Positions 44,639 through 56,993 of a stretch of 64,000 nucleotides of DNA are shown piece after piece; the first letter of the stretch is position 1; each line of letters begins with the position of its first letter. The notes below the pieces were generated by a model. The model was not told the origin of the DNA. It searched no databases and was given only the letters and a program-made list of their open reading frames with translations. Source of the DNA: Rhodothermales bacterium (GTDB lineage: Bacteria; Pseudomonadota; Gammaproteobacteria; Xanthomonadales; SZUA-36); assembly GCA_047614505.1 (NCBI GenBank), contig JBLHGQ010000002.1, positions 9,818-73,817 on the forward strand, read 5' to 3'. The position numbers and the translations under genes are program-made.

Positions 44639-45696
44639 CAGTCAAACCCTCTCAAAGCTAACCCCATTGCCACCATCAAGTTTGGAGAATTTCTCTTCAG
44701 CGCTGATACCGCTACTGAAGGTGCAAGCTCCATTCCGGCGCAAGGGTCGGCGACACGTGTTGTCAGACCCAATTCCTGCTGCACCATGGAAGACATACCC
44801 TTCAGGGAAGCCGCGCCACCTGAAAGGTAAATAGTACTTATGGGTGAATATTCATTTGAAGAAGCAAAAAACTGTAATGCCCTGCTAATCTGGTGAACAA
44901 TATTGAGTTGGAAAGGCTCCAACACCTCTTCATCAAAATCCTCAGGACCTTCTTCACCACGCTCAAAGAAACTCGCCTGTTCGGCAGACATATCAAAACG
45001 CCGCATGGTCTCTTCAAGTAACTGGTGACCACCAAATGGATGGTCGCGTGTATATATAACCCTGCCACCGCGAAGCACCAACAGAGTCGTTAAATCAAAT
45101 CCAATATCGAAAACACCAACCGCTTCGCTCTTGCTTAAGCCATCGCGTTCGCGCATCAATTCAAACGCATTGGCAATTGCAAATGCTTCAACATCGACTA
45201 CTTTTGTCTGTAGCCCTACGGCATCGAGTGCGTCCTGTCGATTTTCCACATTTTCGCTTTTGCTGGCAGCGAGCAGAATATCGATGAGATCTGCATTTCG
45301 AGAGGAGGGTCCAAGAATTTCAAAATCAAGGCTCACTTCATCAAGCGGATAAGGCACGTATTGATTGGCCTCAATTTGGACCTGGCTTTCTACGTCCGAC
45401 TCAGCCAAATTTGAAGGCAGGCTGATCGTCTTGGTAAATACAGCCGACCCTGAAACAGCAATGGCACAGGACTTGGCTTTTGAGCCAGAGCGCTTGATCG
45501 CCCTTTCTATCGCGCTGGAAATTGCCTCAATGTCCTGAACAGATTTATCCACGACTGCACCGGCCCCAACGGGCTCAATGGCGAAGTGGTCAATCCGGTA
45601 TCCGGAACCATGCACCGATAACTGCAATGCACGCACGCTGGAGGATCCAATATCCAACCCGATTACTGGCTCATTCTTTTTTCTGAACAGTTTCAA
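44638..45696 (-). CDS. pilM: Type IV pilus assembly ATPase-like protein PilM
   Basis: Actin-like fold motifs (IGLDIGSSSVRAL, VFDIG, LSGGAA). It is the first gene of the operon, divergent from mrcA. Confidence 0.92.
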   Translation of the reverse strand: MKLFRKKNEPVIGLDIGSSSVRALQLSVHGSGYRIDHFAIEPVGAGAVVDKSVQDIEAISSAIERAIKRSGSKAKSCAIAVSGSAVFTKTISLPSNLAESDVESQVQIEANQYVPYPLDEVSLDFEILGPSSRNADLIDILLAASKSENVENRQDALDAVGLQTKVVDVEAFAIANAFELMRERDGLSKSEAVGVFDIGFDLTTLLVLRGGRVIYTRDHPFGGHQLLEETMRRFDMSAEQASFFERGEEGPEDFDEEVLEPFQLNIVHQISRALQFFASSNEYSPISTIYLSGGAASLKGMSSMVQQELGLTTRVADPCAGMELAPSVAVSALKRNSPNLMVAMGLALRGFD

Positions 45697-46008
45697 TCTA
45701 CCTAATCCTTTTCTGCGCCAATGACTTATTGAAACTTCTTGTAGTCGTTTTTAACAGAAAGCATGACAATTCTCAATGCCGGAACATTAAAAACTTCATG
45801 ACACTTTGACGTTAGATGCGCCTTACCGACAAAAATTCTCGGTTGAGCTACTTAGGAAACTACTGGCCACTGGCGTGGTCAACACTCATCGATACCGGCT
45901 GCTTCCCTGTCCGTCGTGGTGTATCTTTTCTGTTTAACACTATGTAACAGTGTAAAACTTATAACAAGAATATCCTTTTCTCGCAGGCAATCATAGCAGG
46001 ATTACGGT

Positions 46009-48507
46009 GTGAAGAAACTATTTAGGGTGATTTTTCGGCTAGGACTTATTTCAATCTTATTGGGAATTATCACGGTTTCCATAACTTATATGGTGATCGC
46101 TCCTGACCTTCCGGATGTGAACTCACTCAGGGACGTTCAACTACAAGTTCCGTTAAGGGTATTTAGTGAAGACGGGAAATTGATCAGTGTTTTCGGTGAG
46201 AAACGCCGAATTCCGATCCCAATTGCAGATATCCCCGATAATCTCAAACATGCTTTTATAGCAGGTGAAGATGCCCGTTTCTATGAGCATCCCGGAATTG
46301 ATTACCAGGGAATCACCCGTGCGGTATGGAACCTGGCCACCACTGGCGACAGAACCATCGGCGGCAGCACAATTACCCAATTGGTTGCTCGAAACTTTTT
46401 CCTCAGTTTTGAAAAGACTTTCTCGCGTAAGACCCGTGAAATTTTTCTGGCATTAAAAATAGAAAGAGAATTATCCAAAGATGAAATTCTGGACTTATTT
46501 TTCAATAAGATTCTGCTAGGCCACCGTGCATACGGTGTTGGTGCAGCGGCAGATGTTTACTATGGAAAGAACGTTGATGAGTTAAGCCTTGCCCAGTGCG
46601 CGATGATTGCAGCACTGCCCAAAGCCCCCTCCCGCATTAACCCGATCACTTCTCCTGAGCGGGCTCTTGAACGTCGTGACTACGTGCTCAGACGAATGTG
46701 GGAACTCGATTACATAAATGAAGCAGATTATCAGTCTGCACTCGCAGAAAGAGATGGTGCGTTTTATCACGGCGCCACCACTGAAGTCTCAGCTCCTTAT
46801 CTCGCCGAGATGGTTCGACGCGAAGCGATTAAGCTGCTCGGTGAAGATGCATATACCGGAGGTTTTTCGGTTCACACGACAATAAACTCCAATTTTCAAC
46901 TTGCGGCAAACGAATCAGTTATGTCAGGACTTGAAGAGTATGACCAGCGTCATGGTTATCGCGGTGCCGAAGCCCAGATTGATATCTCCCAAAAGCAGAC
47001 TACCCAATCCTGGGAAGACATACTCAGTCCATATCGCCCGGTTGCAGGCCTGGTCCCGGGACTGGTTATCGAAGCTGATGAAGAAGAAGCTTTGGTATTT
47101 CTGAAAGATGGACAAACTATCGCATTGTCACTTGCAGACCTGGATTGGGCACGACCGTTTATCAGCAGGGACCGGCAAGGCTTTAAACCGAAAAAAGTAA
47201 GCGACGTCTTAAGCGCCGGTGACGTCATCAGGACTCGGCGGCATGATGATGGTCAATGGCGTCTTGGCCAATTGCCCGAGGCAGAAGCTGCCCTGGTTTC
47301 ACTCGATCCGCAAAACGGCGCCATCCGGTCACTTGTTGGCGGCTATGACTTTACCCGCAGCAAGTTCAATCGTGTTGTTCAAAGTCGTCGACAACCAGGG
47401 TCATCTTTCAAGCCCTTCATTTATTCGGCCGCGCTGGAAAAAGGGTTTACCACTGCCAGCGTGATCAACGATGCGCCAATCGTTTTTGACGATGCTGATC
47501 TCGAGCGGACATGGAAGCCTCAGAATTACAGCGAAAAATTCTTTGGCCCTACCCGCATACGTGAGGCCATGGTCAATTCACGCAATCTGGTTTCAATTCG
47601 CCTGTTGCGCACGATTGGTGTTAGCTACGCCAGGGACTACATCAGCAACTTTGGCTTTGATCCTTCTGAGTTGCCGGCAAACCTTTCGATGGCACTTGGC
47701 AGTGCGAATCTTCCGGCATTGAGCATGGCGCGGGGCTTTGCAACTTTCGCCAATGGTGGCTACCTTATTGACCCGTTTTTTATCCACAGCATTAAGGACA
47801 AATCCGGAGAAATCATTTATCAAGCAAACTCTGCGGTAGTTTGCAAAAATTGTGAGCTCAAAAGCGACAATCAAATTCATCAGGAAATTGTTGAACGTGA
47901 TGAGCCGGAGTTCAGACCACTGACGATTGGTGAGGACATCAGCGACACCGGGGTTTCCCAGGGTGAACCGCATGATGAACTTCTTGTGCCAGAGTCTGGT
48001 AGCGCGGAAACCCGCATATACGCTCCTCGGGTAATCTCAGAGCAAAATGCATATTTGATACGTTCAATGATGATGGATGTGGTCAAAAGGGGTACCGGAG
48101 TAAAAGCCATGCAGCTTGGTAGACAAGACCTGGCTGGGAAAACGGGCACCACCAATGATCAGAAAGATGCATGGTTTTCCGGTTATAACAGTGCATTGGT
48201 TACGACCGTCTGGGTTGGTTTTGATGATCACCAACCACTCGGCAGGCTTGAGGTCGGCGGCAAGGCCGCATTACCTATCTGGATAGGATTCATGGAAACA
48301 GCACTCAAGGGTGTGCCCGATCTGCCGCCTGAAATGCCCGACGGGCTGGCTCAAGCCAGAATTGATCCTGAAACGGGTTTATTGGCAACCTTTGATAATC
48401 CTGATGCCATTGTGGAGTTATTCCAGGCTGGCACTCTTCCTCAAATGGAAGAAAACCCAGCGGGCAATAATCCTGATGAAATAGAAGAAGAGGATCCTTA
48501 CGATTAA
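46009..48507 (+). CDS. mrcA: Penicillin-binding protein 1A (bifunctional transglycosylase/transpeptidase)
   Basis: GT51 motifs [20 protein letters not shown]-like GGSTITQLV and RKTREI. Transpeptidase motifs SSFKP, SRN and KTGTT. GTG start. Confidence 0.93.
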   Translation: MKKLFRVIFRLGLISILLGIITVSITYMVIAPDLPDVNSLRDVQLQVPLRVFSEDGKLISVFGEKRRIPIPIADIPDNLKHAFIAGEDARFYEHPGIDYQGITRAVWNLATTGDRTIGGSTITQLVARNFFLSFEKTFSRKTREIFLALKIERELSKDEILDLFFNKILLGHRAYGVGAAADVYYGKNVDELSLAQCAMIAALPKAPSRINPITSPERALERRDYVLRRMWELDYINEADYQSALAERDGAFYHGATTEVSAPYLAEMVRREAIKLLGEDAYTGGFSVHTTINSNFQLAANESVMSGLEEYDQRHGYRGAEAQIDISQKQTTQSWEDILSPYRPVAGLVPGLVIEADEEEALVFLKDGQTIALSLADLDWARPFISRDRQGFKPKKVSDVLSAGDVIRTRRHDDGQWRLGQLPEAEAALVSLDPQNGAIRSLVGGYDFTRSKFNRVVQSRRQPGSSFKPFIYSAALEKGFTTASVINDAPIVFDDADLERTWKPQNYSEKFFGPTRIREAMVNSRNLVSIRLLRTIGVSYARDYISNFGFDPSELPANLSMALGSANLPALSMARGFATFANGGYLIDPFFIHSIKDKSGEIIYQANSAVVCKNCELKSDNQIHQEIVERDEPEFRPLTIGEDISDTGVSQGEPHDELLVPESGSAETRIYAPRVISEQNAYLIRSMMMDVVKRGTGVKAMQLGRQDLAGKTGTTNDQKDAWFSGYNSALVTTVWVGFDDHQPLGRLEVGGKAALPIWIGFMETALKGVPDLPPEMPDGLAQARIDPETGLLATFDNPDAIVELFQAGTLPQMEENPAGNNPDEIEEEDPYD

Positions 48508-49796
48508 CCCCGTTGATCCAGACTTGTATATTCGCGCTCACCCGGTCCTGTATAAACCTGACGGGGGCGCCCGATGGGGGTCGGGTTATCGCAGTGTTCC
48601 AGCCAATGTGCAACCCAGCCAACCGTCCGCGCAATGGCGAACATCACGGTGAACATACTTTTAGGAATCCCCAATGCCTTGTAAATGATCCCTGAGTAGA
48701 AATCGACATTAGGATAAAGTTTCTTCTCAACAAAATAATCGTCTTTGAGTGCGACTTGCTCGAGTTCCAATGCGAGATCCATAAGTGGGTCTGAAGTACC
48801 TAACTCCCCAAGAACTTCGTGGGCCGCCTGGCGGATAATTGATGCGCGTGGGTCATAGTTTTTATAAACCCGGTGGCCAAAACCCATCAGACGGAACGGG
48901 TCATTGCGATCCTTGGCTTTTTTCACAAACTTAGGGATATTGTCAACATTGCCGATTTCATCCAGCATGTTCAGTACCGCTTCATTCGCACCACCGTGCG
49001 CCGGCCCCCATAGCGCTGAAATTCCAGCAGCTACACAAGCATATGGATTGGCCCCTGTTGAGCCAACAAGCCGGACTGTCGAAGTACTGGCATTCTGTTC
49101 ATGATCCGCGTGCAGGATGAACAGGAGGTCAAATGCCTTTGCCGCCACTTCACTTACTTCGTAATCCTCTGCAGGCACTGAAAACATCATGTGCAGGAAA
49201 CGCTGGGTAAAATCCAGACGGTTAAGAGGGTAGGAACTTGGCCATCCCATATGGTGCCGATAACAGGCAGCAGCAATCGTAGGCATCTTGGCAATCATTC
49301 GTTTGGCGGCCAGCATTCGTGCGGCCGGATCCTTCATATCCAGTCGCTCATGGTAAAACGCCGCCAATGAACCAACCACACCAGCCATCATGGCCATCGG
49401 GTGCGCATCGTAATGAAAGCCTTTGATAAAGGTGCTGAGTTGTTCATGCACCATCGTGTGATAAGTAATGTCCTTCAGGAAATGATCGTATTCATCGTGT
49501 CCTGGCAAATCCCCATTGAGCAGCAGGTAAGCAACTTCAAGGAAAGTGCTTTGCTCGGCGAGCTGTTCGATCGGGTAGCCCCGATATCTCAGGATGCCCT
49601 TGTCACCATCAATAAATGTTATTTGGCTGGAACAACTGGCGGTTGCAGTAAAACCCGGATCATAAGTGAAATAACCAAGTTCTTTTGGAATCCCCTTAAT
49701 GTTTAAAGTCGGCTCACCTTCGCTACCACGAATAACCGGAAGCACAATACTCTTACCGCTATTTTCATCACTGAGAATGACTGGTTTTTCTGACAC
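48504..49796 (-). CDS. gltA: Citrate synthase (type II)
   Basis: 430 aa. Contains [27 protein letters not shown] and [14 protein letters not shown]. Confidence 0.95.
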   Translation of the reverse strand: MSEKPVILSDENSGKSIVLPVIRGSEGEPTLNIKGIPKELGYFTYDPGFTATASCSSQITFIDGDKGILRYRGYPIEQLAEQSTFLEVAYLLLNGDLPGHDEYDHFLKDITYHTMVHEQLSTFIKGFHYDAHPMAMMAGVVGSLAAFYHERLDMKDPAARMLAAKRMIAKMPTIAAACYRHHMGWPSSYPLNRLDFTQRFLHMMFSVPAEDYEVSEVAAKAFDLLFILHADHEQNASTSTVRLVGSTGANPYACVAAGISALWGPAHGGANEAVLNMLDEIGNVDNIPKFVKKAKDRNDPFRLMGFGHRVYKNYDPRASIIRQAAHEVLGELGTSDPLMDLALELEQVALKDDYFVEKKLYPNVDFYSGIIYKALGIPKSMFTVMFAIARTVGWVAHWLEHCDNPTPIGRPRQVYTGPGEREYTSLDQRG

Positions 49797-49898
49797 CGGA
49801 ACCTCCTAGTTAGTTTTGAAGTATCGCATGGCATTCCACCCCTTGCCAGAGACACAGATCAAGAATCGCCAAGAAATATTACAAGGGGACCCAGGCAT

Positions 49899-49931
49899 AA
49901 AAAAACCCGGTTCAGTGGACTGTTCCGGGTT
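49899..49931 (-). terminator. Rho-independent terminator downstream of rpmE2
   Basis: Stem AACCCGG / CCGGGTT (49904..49910 and 49925..49931). On the minus strand it is followed by a 7-U run (A-run 49899..49905). Confidence 0.7.
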
Positions 49932-49964
49932 CAGATAAATTCGAATTTTGGAGAACTCGTTGTT

Positions 49965-50207
49965 CTACTTGCTGTACCGCCGCTTAAAGCGGTCAACACG
50001 ACCACCGGAGTCCAGCACTTTATGCTGTCCGGTATAAAAGGGATGAGAGGCACTTGAGACCTCCACTTTGATCAACGGGTATTCATTCCCGTCTTCCCAT
50101 TTGATGGTTTCCTTACTGCCCAGAGTCGAGCGGGTCAGAAACGAAAATTCGGAAGATATGTCCTGGAATACTACTTTGTGATATTCCGGATGTGTGTCAG
50201 CTTTCAT
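49965..50207 (-). CDS. rpmE2: 50S ribosomal protein L31, type B (no Zn-binding cysteines)
   Basis: [16 protein letters not shown]...[24 protein letters not shown] with no CxxC motifs. ATG 50207 is inferred. Confidence 0.9.
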   Translation of the reverse strand: MKADTHPEYHKVVFQDISSEFSFLTRSTLGSKETIKWEDGNEYPLIKVEVSSASHPFYTGQHKVLDSGGRVDRFKRRYSK

Positions 50208-50302
50208 GACGTTTACCTGGTGTGGACCTGTTTTTAGGACGGGCAAGTCTAACGACCTTGCGGGCCCTTTGCAAGCTGCAAAAGCTAATGTCTGCGCAAG
50301 AT

Positions 50303-51454
50303 TCAGGGCAAAAACAATGCTTGAATATCATTCACGAACCGCCAACCTTTCTCAGTATGGATAAAGCGCCGCCCATTCTCTTCGAGCCAGCCCGACTCGA
50401 TAGCCATTTCTACTCCGTTTTTTGCCTCTTCCCAACCAAGCCCGGTTCTGGAACTAAAATGTTCCCGAGTGAATCCTTCGCGTAATCTTAATTGATTGAG
50501 AAAGTACTCAAAAACGCGTTCTGAGCCTTCTATCATTCGATCTTCTGCCACTCGATCACCAGCCAGATATTGGCTTGGATGCCTGCGCTTGGAAAATCTG
50601 CGGATGACGCCTTCGCCGGCGAAACTTAATTTGGCATGTGCCCCGGCACCTATTCCCAGAAAGTCTCCATAACGCCAATAGTTCAGATTATGTTTGCTCT
50701 CATAACCCGGCTTCGCCCAAGCCGAAATTTCGTACTGCTCATATCCGCTTGCTTGCAAAAGTTCTGCAGCATGCAACTGCATATCGAATGCTTTGTCGTC
50801 AGTGGGCAGTTTCGGCGGATTGGCTGCAAATGCAGTATTGGGTTCCAGTGTCAGTTGATAGTGGGAAATATGAAGTGCGTCGGAATCAATAGCACGTTTT
50901 ATGTCATCAATCGCTTGAACGTGGCTTTGGCCTGGCAGGCCAAACATCAGATCGACATTAAAATTCTCCATACCTGCACGCCTGAGCGAATCCAGCGAAG
51001 TGGCAACTTCTTCCCGGCCATGAATTCGACCAATTCGCTTGAGACTATCGTTATCGAAGCTTTGCACGCCCAGCGAAACCCGGTTAATTCCAGCATCTTT
51101 GTATGCAGAGAAACTGTCCCGTTCTATCGTTCCGGGGTTTGCCTCAAGCGTAAACTCTGCCCCAGGAATGAATGTGAGGCGGGCACGAAAACTGCTAATC
51201 AATTGATCAATCTCGGACGCACTGAACAAGCTTGGTGTGCCACCACCAAAATATGTACTGGATACCGTCCTGCCCCAAACCATTGGCAAATCCTGTTCCA
51301 GATCTTCAATCAGTGCTGTTGAATACTCCTTTACCGGTACTCCATCGCGGACCTGATGTGAATTGAAATCACAATAAGGACATTTACGTACACACCAGGG
51401 TAGATGCACGTAGAGGCCCAATGGCGGTGAATGTAATGCCGCTTCTTCAGACAC
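50303..51454 (-). CDS. hemW: Radical SAM heme chaperone HemW (YggW, coproporphyrinogen oxidase-like)
   Basis: [19 protein letters not shown] (CxxxCxxC) and the HemN-like C-terminal domain. Confidence 0.9.
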   Translation of the reverse strand: MSEEAALHSPPLGLYVHLPWCVRKCPYCDFNSHQVRDGVPVKEYSTALIEDLEQDLPMVWGRTVSSTYFGGGTPSLFSASEIDQLISSFRARLTFIPGAEFTLEANPGTIERDSFSAYKDAGINRVSLGVQSFDNDSLKRIGRIHGREEVATSLDSLRRAGMENFNVDLMFGLPGQSHVQAIDDIKRAIDSDALHISHYQLTLEPNTAFAANPPKLPTDDKAFDMQLHAAELLQASGYEQYEISAWAKPGYESKHNLNYWRYGDFLGIGAGAHAKLSFAGEGVIRRFSKRRHPSQYLAGDRVAEDRMIEGSERVFEYFLNQLRLREGFTREHFSSRTGLGWEEAKNGVEMAIESGWLEENGRRFIHTEKGWRFVNDIQALFLP

Positions 51455-51463
51455 GTTCGGCGC

Positions 51464-52063
51464 TCATAGCATTGACAGTAGCTTACGAATTGCCTGCCCA
51501 CGATGGCTTAAGCGACCTTTGTCCTCACGACTTAACTCAGCTGAAGTGCAAGACAACTCAGGCAGAAAAAAAACAGGATCATATCCAAAGCCACCGCCAC
51601 CCGATTCCACCCGGGTAATTTCCCCGTGCCAGTTTGCAACAGCGACCAGTGGTACAGGGTCATGGGCAGACCGCATCAGAACAATGACACAGTGGAAGTA
51701 TGCCGCCCTGCCAGGTGGTTTAATATCTGTCATGGCCTGCAAAAGCTTATCGTTATTAGCCTCGCTATCCGCGCTTTCTCCGGCGTAACGGGCAGAGAGA
51801 ATACCGGGAGCACCGCCCAGCGCAGGTACCACCAGACCTGAGTCATCGGACAATGAAGGCAGGCCGGTATGAACACATGCGTTGCGGGCTTTGATTAATG
51901 CGTTTTCAAGAAATGTACTCGCATCTTCAACAGCCTCCGGAACATTCCACTGCGACTGAGGGGACAGTTGCAGCCCAAGTGGTCCAAGCAGGCCTGCAAA
52001 CTCAGCAAGCTTTCCCTGATTACCACTGGCCAGCACCCAATGATTTGAAGCCCCGCTGGTCAT
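51464..52063 (-). CDS. rdgB: dITP/XTP pyrophosphatase (Ham1/RdgB)
   Basis: ASGNQGKLAEF, EDASTFLENALIKA, DDSGL and GFGYDPVF motifs. Confidence 0.92.
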   Translation of the reverse strand: MTSGASNHWVLASGNQGKLAEFAGLLGPLGLQLSPQSQWNVPEAVEDASTFLENALIKARNACVHTGLPSLSDDSGLVVPALGGAPGILSARYAGESADSEANNDKLLQAMTDIKPPGRAAYFHCVIVLMRSAHDPVPLVAVANWHGEITRVESGGGGFGYDPVFFLPELSCTSAELSREDKGRLSHRGQAIRKLLSML

Positions 52064-52086
52064 AGCTGTAATATGGGAATCATCAC

Positions 52087-52815
52087 TCAGGAATCGGGTG
52101 CCTCAGCCAATGCTGATAATTGAGCCGCCATAAGTTCCTTGATTCCTTTTTCTGCCAAACCAAGCATGGCATCAAGTTCGTCGCGTCTGAAAGCGTGACC
52201 CTCAGCTGTCCCCTGTACTTCAATAAATGCCCCACCATCATTCATAACGACATTCATATCAGTTTCGGCATTTGAGTCTTCTGCGTAATCCAGGTCCAGA
52301 ACCGGCGTATTTTCAAATATCCCGACTGATACTGCTGCAATTTGCCCGTGTATCGGATTCTTTTTAATCAATCCTTTTTTGAGAAGGTGGTTGATAGCAT
52401 CGCTTAATGCAACAAAGGCGCCGGTAATCGATGCGGTTCGGGTACCTCCATCCGCCTGAATTACATCGCAATCAAGTGTAATCGTCCTTTCGCCCAGCGC
52501 AGAACGGTCGACTACGGCACGCATTGAACGTCCGATCAAACGTTGAATCTCGAGTGTTCGCCCGCCTTGTTTGCCGGCTGAGGCTTCGCGGCGCATTCGG
52601 GAACCGGTTGACCTGGGTAGCATTCCATATTCTGCCGTTACCCAGCCTTCACCTTTCCCACGAAGAAAAGGTGGCACTCTGTCTTCAATTGATGCGGTAC
52701 ACAAAACGCGTGTGCCACCACAGGAAATCAATACTGAACCTTCTGCATGTTTAGTGAAATTTCGTTCGATGCTCAGTGCCCTGAGTTCATCTGTATTTCT
52801 TCCGCTTGGTCTCAT
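52087..52815 (-). CDS. rph: Ribonuclease PH
   Basis: [12 protein letters not shown]...[19 protein letters not shown]...[13 protein letters not shown]...[19 protein letters not shown]. Confidence 0.95.
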   Translation of the reverse strand: MRPSGRNTDELRALSIERNFTKHAEGSVLISCGGTRVLCTASIEDRVPPFLRGKGEGWVTAEYGMLPRSTGSRMRREASAGKQGGRTLEIQRLIGRSMRAVVDRSALGERTITLDCDVIQADGGTRTASITGAFVALSDAINHLLKKGLIKKNPIHGQIAAVSVGIFENTPVLDLDYAEDSNAETDMNVVMNDGGAFIEVQGTAEGHAFRRDELDAMLGLAEKGIKELMAAQLSALAEAPDS

Positions 52816-52928
52816 CAGAATTTTGGCCTATGTAAGAAGTATGTTTATGTGCCGCTGCCACAAACAGTCTATTCCTGTGGCAGGCAAGCAAGTACCATTG
52901 TGCCATCGCAACTGATACGGAAACAGGC

Positions 52929-53798
52929 ATGATTCGAAGCATGACAGGCTTTGCCAGTATTGAACGCCATTATGAATTTGGGCGACTAACCTGGGAGTTA
53001 CGTTCGTTAAACCACCGCTACCTTGAAATTAGCCTCAGATTACCGGAAGAATTTCGAGCGCTGGAGCCTGAAATCCGAAAGAGTCTTGGCCAATTTCTTA
53101 GTCGGGGGAAAATCGACGCCAACCTGCGTTTTCAGGCAATTGCGGGTGCTGGAGGCGGCCACCTGAACTTAAACAAAGAGTTGGCCGGTAAGCTGTTAGG
53201 ACTGCACTCTCAACTGCAGGAACTCTCCGGTCAGGAGCAATCGCCTGGCCTGGGGATGCTACTGCGTTGGCCGGGAGTTGTTGAAGAGCAAAGCCCGGAT
53301 CCCGAACCACTACAAAAAGCCGCACTTGAATTGCTGATAGAGGCAGCAACTGAACTGCAGGCAGGCCGTGGACGAGAGGGTGAAAAAATGGCTTCTGCCA
53401 TTACAGAGCGCCTGGAAGGGATTGCAAGTTGGGTCATACAAATTCGAACGTGGCTTCCGGAAATTCGCAGTGCTTTGCAGCAAAAAATGCTGGATCGTGT
53501 TGCCGACCTGCAGCAACCCCTTGAGCCGGGGCGCGTGGAACAGGAAATTTCATTTCTTGCTCAAAAAGCCGATGTCGATGAGGAACTCGACCGGATGGAC
53601 GCGCATGTTGAAGAGACAAGACGTGCGCTTGAACTTGACGAACCAATCGGCCGCAGACTGGACTTCCTGATGCAGGAGTTCAACCGTGAGTCCAATACCC
53701 TTAGTTCCAAATCAGTAGACCAGAGAACTTCAAATGCTGCGGTGGAACTAAAAGTCTTGATTGAGCAGATTCGTGAGCAGGTTCAGAACATTGAGTAA
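52929..53798 (+). CDS. yicC: YicC-family stress-induced protein
   Basis: MIRSMTGFA...WELRSLNHRYLE...and C-terminal EFNRESNTLSSKS. Divergent from rph, as in many gammaproteobacteria. Confidence 0.9.
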   Translation: MIRSMTGFASIERHYEFGRLTWELRSLNHRYLEISLRLPEEFRALEPEIRKSLGQFLSRGKIDANLRFQAIAGAGGGHLNLNKELAGKLLGLHSQLQELSGQEQSPGLGMLLRWPGVVEEQSPDPEPLQKAALELLIEAATELQAGRGREGEKMASAITERLEGIASWVIQIRTWLPEIRSALQQKMLDRVADLQQPLEPGRVEQEISFLAQKADVDEELDRMDAHVEETRRALELDEPIGRRLDFLMQEFNRESNTLSSKSVDQRTSNAAVELKVLIEQIREQVQNIE

Positions 53799-54450
53799 GA
53801 AAGATTCCGGCAAGAAAGAATCAGGTCAACAAGGCCGGGGTAATCTTTTTATCATTGCCGCACCATCAGGCGGTGGCAAAACCAGCCTTGTAAATGCCTT
53901 GTTGGCTGCCGATAAACGCCTTGCACTGTCCGTTTCTCACACCACCAGAAGTGCACGCAAAGGCGAGGAAGACGGAGTTCAGTATCATTTTGTTAACTTG
54001 GACATGTTCAAAAAACTGGTTAATGAGGGTGCGTTTTTGGAGCATGCCAACGTATTTGGAAACCATTACGGCACCCATGCCGGCGCACTTGAGCTGCAGT
54101 TGGGAAAAGGTCTTGATGTCATTCTGGAAATCGACTGGCAGGGTGCTGCACAGGTCAGAAAGATATTCCCGGAGTGTTGCTCTATTTATATCGTCCCACC
54201 ATCGTACGATGTGCTTCAGCAAAGGCTCTCCCGCCGGGCGACAGACAGCAAAGAAGTCATTGACCGGCGTATGCATGAAGCGCAGGCAGAAATCTCTCAC
54301 TGGAACGAATTCGACTACCTGGTGGTCAACGAAAAATTTGAAGAAGCACTGTTAGAGATTAGAAATATCATGCAATGCACCCGATCAGGCAAGTATATTC
54401 AACAGAATCAACCTAAGCGTTTGCTGGCGGAGTTGCTTGGAAGCAGATAA
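53791..54450 (+). CDS. gmk: Guanylate kinase
   Basis: P-loop APSGGGKTSL and a Gmk-like core (SHTTRSARKGEEDGVQYHF). There is no ATG upstream. Candidate starts are TTG 53761, GTG 53773 and TTG 53791; the last overlaps the yicC stop. The start is uncertain. Confidence 0.9.
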   Translation: MSKKDSGKKESGQQGRGNLFIIAAPSGGGKTSLVNALLAADKRLALSVSHTTRSARKGEEDGVQYHFVNLDMFKKLVNEGAFLEHANVFGNHYGTHAGALELQLGKGLDVILEIDWQGAAQVRKIFPECCSIYIVPPSYDVLQQRLSRRATDSKEVIDRRMHEAQAEISHWNEFDYLVVNEKFEEALLEIRNIMQCTRSGKYIQQNQPKRLLAELLGSR

Positions 54451-54515
54451 AATGGTTTGTTTCGCCAAACACAACACACGGCTGTTGAATCAGCTATTGA
54501 AATGGGATTTATGAC

Positions 54516-54776
54516 ATGGCAAGAATTACCGTAGAAGACTGCCTGGAAAACATCGATAACCGCTTTGAGCTAGTGCTTACGGCAACCAAACGTGCCCGGC
54601 AGATTGCGCACGGCGCTGAGCCGATGGTCTCGGAAGAAAATGACAAACCAACCGTTCTCGCATTACGCGAAATAGCGGCTGGTCATATCGACAGTGATGG
54701 AGTTGAACTTTTACAGGCAGAGCTGGATGCCGCTGAAGTATTCGATTCATCTCTGGAGAATGATCTGGATAACTGA
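54516..54776 (+). CDS. rpoZ: DNA-directed RNA polymerase subunit omega
   Basis: [30 protein letters not shown] is the canonical RpoZ N-terminus. Confidence 0.95.
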   Translation: MARITVEDCLENIDNRFELVLTATKRARQIAHGAEPMVSEENDKPTVLALREIAAGHIDSDGVELLQAELDAAEVFDSSLENDLDN

Positions 54777-54799
54777 CAGGTAAACATGCGAACATCACT

Positions 54800-54830
54800 T
54801 AGGGAACCGCTGGTTTATTCTGGGCGAAGT
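54800..54830 (+). repeat. Truncated 5' fragment of the MITE-like element
   Basis: TAGGGAACCGCTGGTTTATTCTGGGCGAAGT compared with the element end TAGGGAACCTCTGATTTATTCTGGGCGAAGT (2 mismatches in 31 nt). Homology stops at the TTG 54830 start candidate of spoT. Confidence 0.7.
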
Positions 54831-56980
54831 TGAAGGATGTTCGCATTGTGTTAACAAGCACTAATCTACCGGAGCCGGTCCTTGCCCTGAAGGATCTGCT
54901 CAATACTTATCTTGAGCCCGACAAGGTCGCGATCATTCTCCGCGCAATTGATCTAGGGGCCAAAGCCCACGAAGGTCAGACCCGGAAAACCGGCGAACCT
55001 TACATTCACCACCCATTAGAAGTGGCCAGCATTCTGGCCCAGATGCGGATGGATAATCTCAGTGTTACCGCAGCTATTTTGCACGACACACTGGAAGATA
55101 CACCTCTTACGAAAGCAGAAATCGCGGCCGAATTCGGGGAAGAAATCGCCGAGTTAGTGGACGGGGTCACCAAGTTGGACAAGATGAAGTTTCGCACTCG
55201 TGGCGAAGCCGATGCTGAAAGCTTCAGAAAGCTGATGCTGGCAATGTCCCGTGATTTGCGTGTGATATTTATCAAGCTGGCGGACCGGCTTCACAACATG
55301 CGCACCATAGGATCCATGGAGCATGATTCCAGACGCAGGATTGCCCGAGAGACTCTGGAAATATACGCCCCCATTGCCGATCGCCTTGGCATGAACAAAA
55401 TCAAGTCTGAGCTCGAAGACCTTGGGTTTGAAAACCTTTATCCGTGGCGGCACCGGACTATCGCTGAGCACATAAGCAAGGTAACCGGTAACCGGGCTGA
55501 AGTGATTGAGAACATCAAAAAGGCCCTCAAGAAAAGCATGAGTGAAGCTGGTGTAGCCAGTCGGATTCAGGGTCGCGAGAAAACACCCTATAGTATTTAT
55601 AAAAAAATGCTTTCCAAGGATCTGACTTTCTCCGAGGTGACAGATGTGTATGCATTTCGCATCGTTACGCACTCTGAACAACATTGCTATATGGCGCTGG
55701 GTGCCGTCCACGGTCTTTATCAGCCAAAACCTGGTAGATTCAAGGATTACATTGCCCTGCCCAAAGCGAATGGGTATCAGTCCTTGCATACTATTTTGAA
55801 TAGCCCTTTCGGCCTGCCGGTCGAAATTCAGGTTCGCACGGAAGATATGGATGAATTCGCTGAAAAAGGCGCAGCTGCCCACTGGCAATACAAAAGCGGG
55901 GAGAGCATCAAAGGTTCAGCCGAGGTACGGGCTCGCGATTGGCTAATGCAGCTTGTTGATGCACAACGCCACACTGCAGATTCAGTAGAATTTCTTGATA
56001 GTGCCAAGGCTGATCTGTTCCCTGACGAGATTTTTGTTTTTACACCCAAGGGCAAAATAATAGATCTTCGCCGCCAGTCAACTGCACTGGATTTTGCATA
56101 TGCCATCCATACAGATGTGGGCAATCACACTAGTTCAATAAAGATCGACAATATTGACGCTCCTCTGTCCACCCGCCTGAACAATGGAGAAACGGTGCAG
56201 GTCATTACTGACCCGGCAGCATTGCCCATTCCCGAGTGGCTAGAGTTTGTTGTGACAGCTCGTGCGCGAACTGCGATCAGACACTACATCAAGAGCCTGC
56301 AGCAGGAAGATACTGTTGCACTGGGTATGCGAATGCTTGAGCGTGCCCTGAACGCTCGTGGCAGCAATGTAGAAGCATTAACTCAAAATCAAATTGATAA
56401 ATTTCTGACTGACAATCAACTCAAACAACAGGAAGACCTGTTCAGAGACCTGGCACTGGGTAATGTATTGGCCAACGTTGTGGCGGCGAAACTTGCTCCT
56501 GAATCCGGCCTTCATCCCGGCTCAGGCGATAATGCAGAAGCACTGACAATTGCCGGCTCAGAAGGCAGTGCGGTTGACTTTGGTGCTTGTTGTCATCCTA
56601 TTCCAGGTGATCCGATCATGGGATATGTTACGGCAGGCAAAGGCGTTGTGGTTCACAGGAATCAATGCCGCAATACGAGGGAATTCAGAAAGCATCCTGA
56701 TCGTTGTCTTGATGTCGCCTGGGCACCGGTAACGCACAGTATGTTTGAGGTCGCCCTGCGCATTCAATCCCGTAATACTCCAGGCGTGCTGGCCAATATT
56801 TCCGCCAGCATCGGAGAAGCGGGAAGTAATATCGAAAAGGTCGAGCAGCCCGAGGCGAATCCGGAAGTTGCAACTCTTTTGTTTACTATTAGCGTTAATG
56901 ATCGCGACCATATGGCCCGCGTAATGCGGCGACTACGGCGTAACCGGAATATTATCAAAGTCAGTCGTGTCAACGCCTGA
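54830..56980 (+). CDS. spoT: Bifunctional (p)ppGpp synthetase/hydrolase SpoT
   Basis: HD hydrolase domain ([20 protein letters not shown]), RelA/SpoT synthetase domain, and TGS and ACT regions. The start is uncertain (TTG 54830 or GTG 54848). Confidence 0.93.
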   Translation: MKDVRIVLTSTNLPEPVLALKDLLNTYLEPDKVAIILRAIDLGAKAHEGQTRKTGEPYIHHPLEVASILAQMRMDNLSVTAAILHDTLEDTPLTKAEIAAEFGEEIAELVDGVTKLDKMKFRTRGEADAESFRKLMLAMSRDLRVIFIKLADRLHNMRTIGSMEHDSRRRIARETLEIYAPIADRLGMNKIKSELEDLGFENLYPWRHRTIAEHISKVTGNRAEVIENIKKALKKSMSEAGVASRIQGREKTPYSIYKKMLSKDLTFSEVTDVYAFRIVTHSEQHCYMALGAVHGLYQPKPGRFKDYIALPKANGYQSLHTILNSPFGLPVEIQVRTEDMDEFAEKGAAAHWQYKSGESIKGSAEVRARDWLMQLVDAQRHTADSVEFLDSAKADLFPDEIFVFTPKGKIIDLRRQSTALDFAYAIHTDVGNHTSSIKIDNIDAPLSTRLNNGETVQVITDPAALPIPEWLEFVVTARARTAIRHYIKSLQQEDTVALGMRMLERALNARGSNVEALTQNQIDKFLTDNQLKQQEDLFRDLALGNVLANVVAAKLAPESGLHPGSGDNAEALTIAGSEGSAVDFGACCHPIPGDPIMGYVTAGKGVVVHRNQCRNTREFRKHPDRCLDVAWAPVTHSMFEVALRIQSRNTPGVLANISASIGEAGSNIEKVEQPEANPEVATLLFTISVNDRDHMARVMRRLRRNRNIIKVSRVNA

Positions 56981-56993
56981 GACAGGAGATCAA

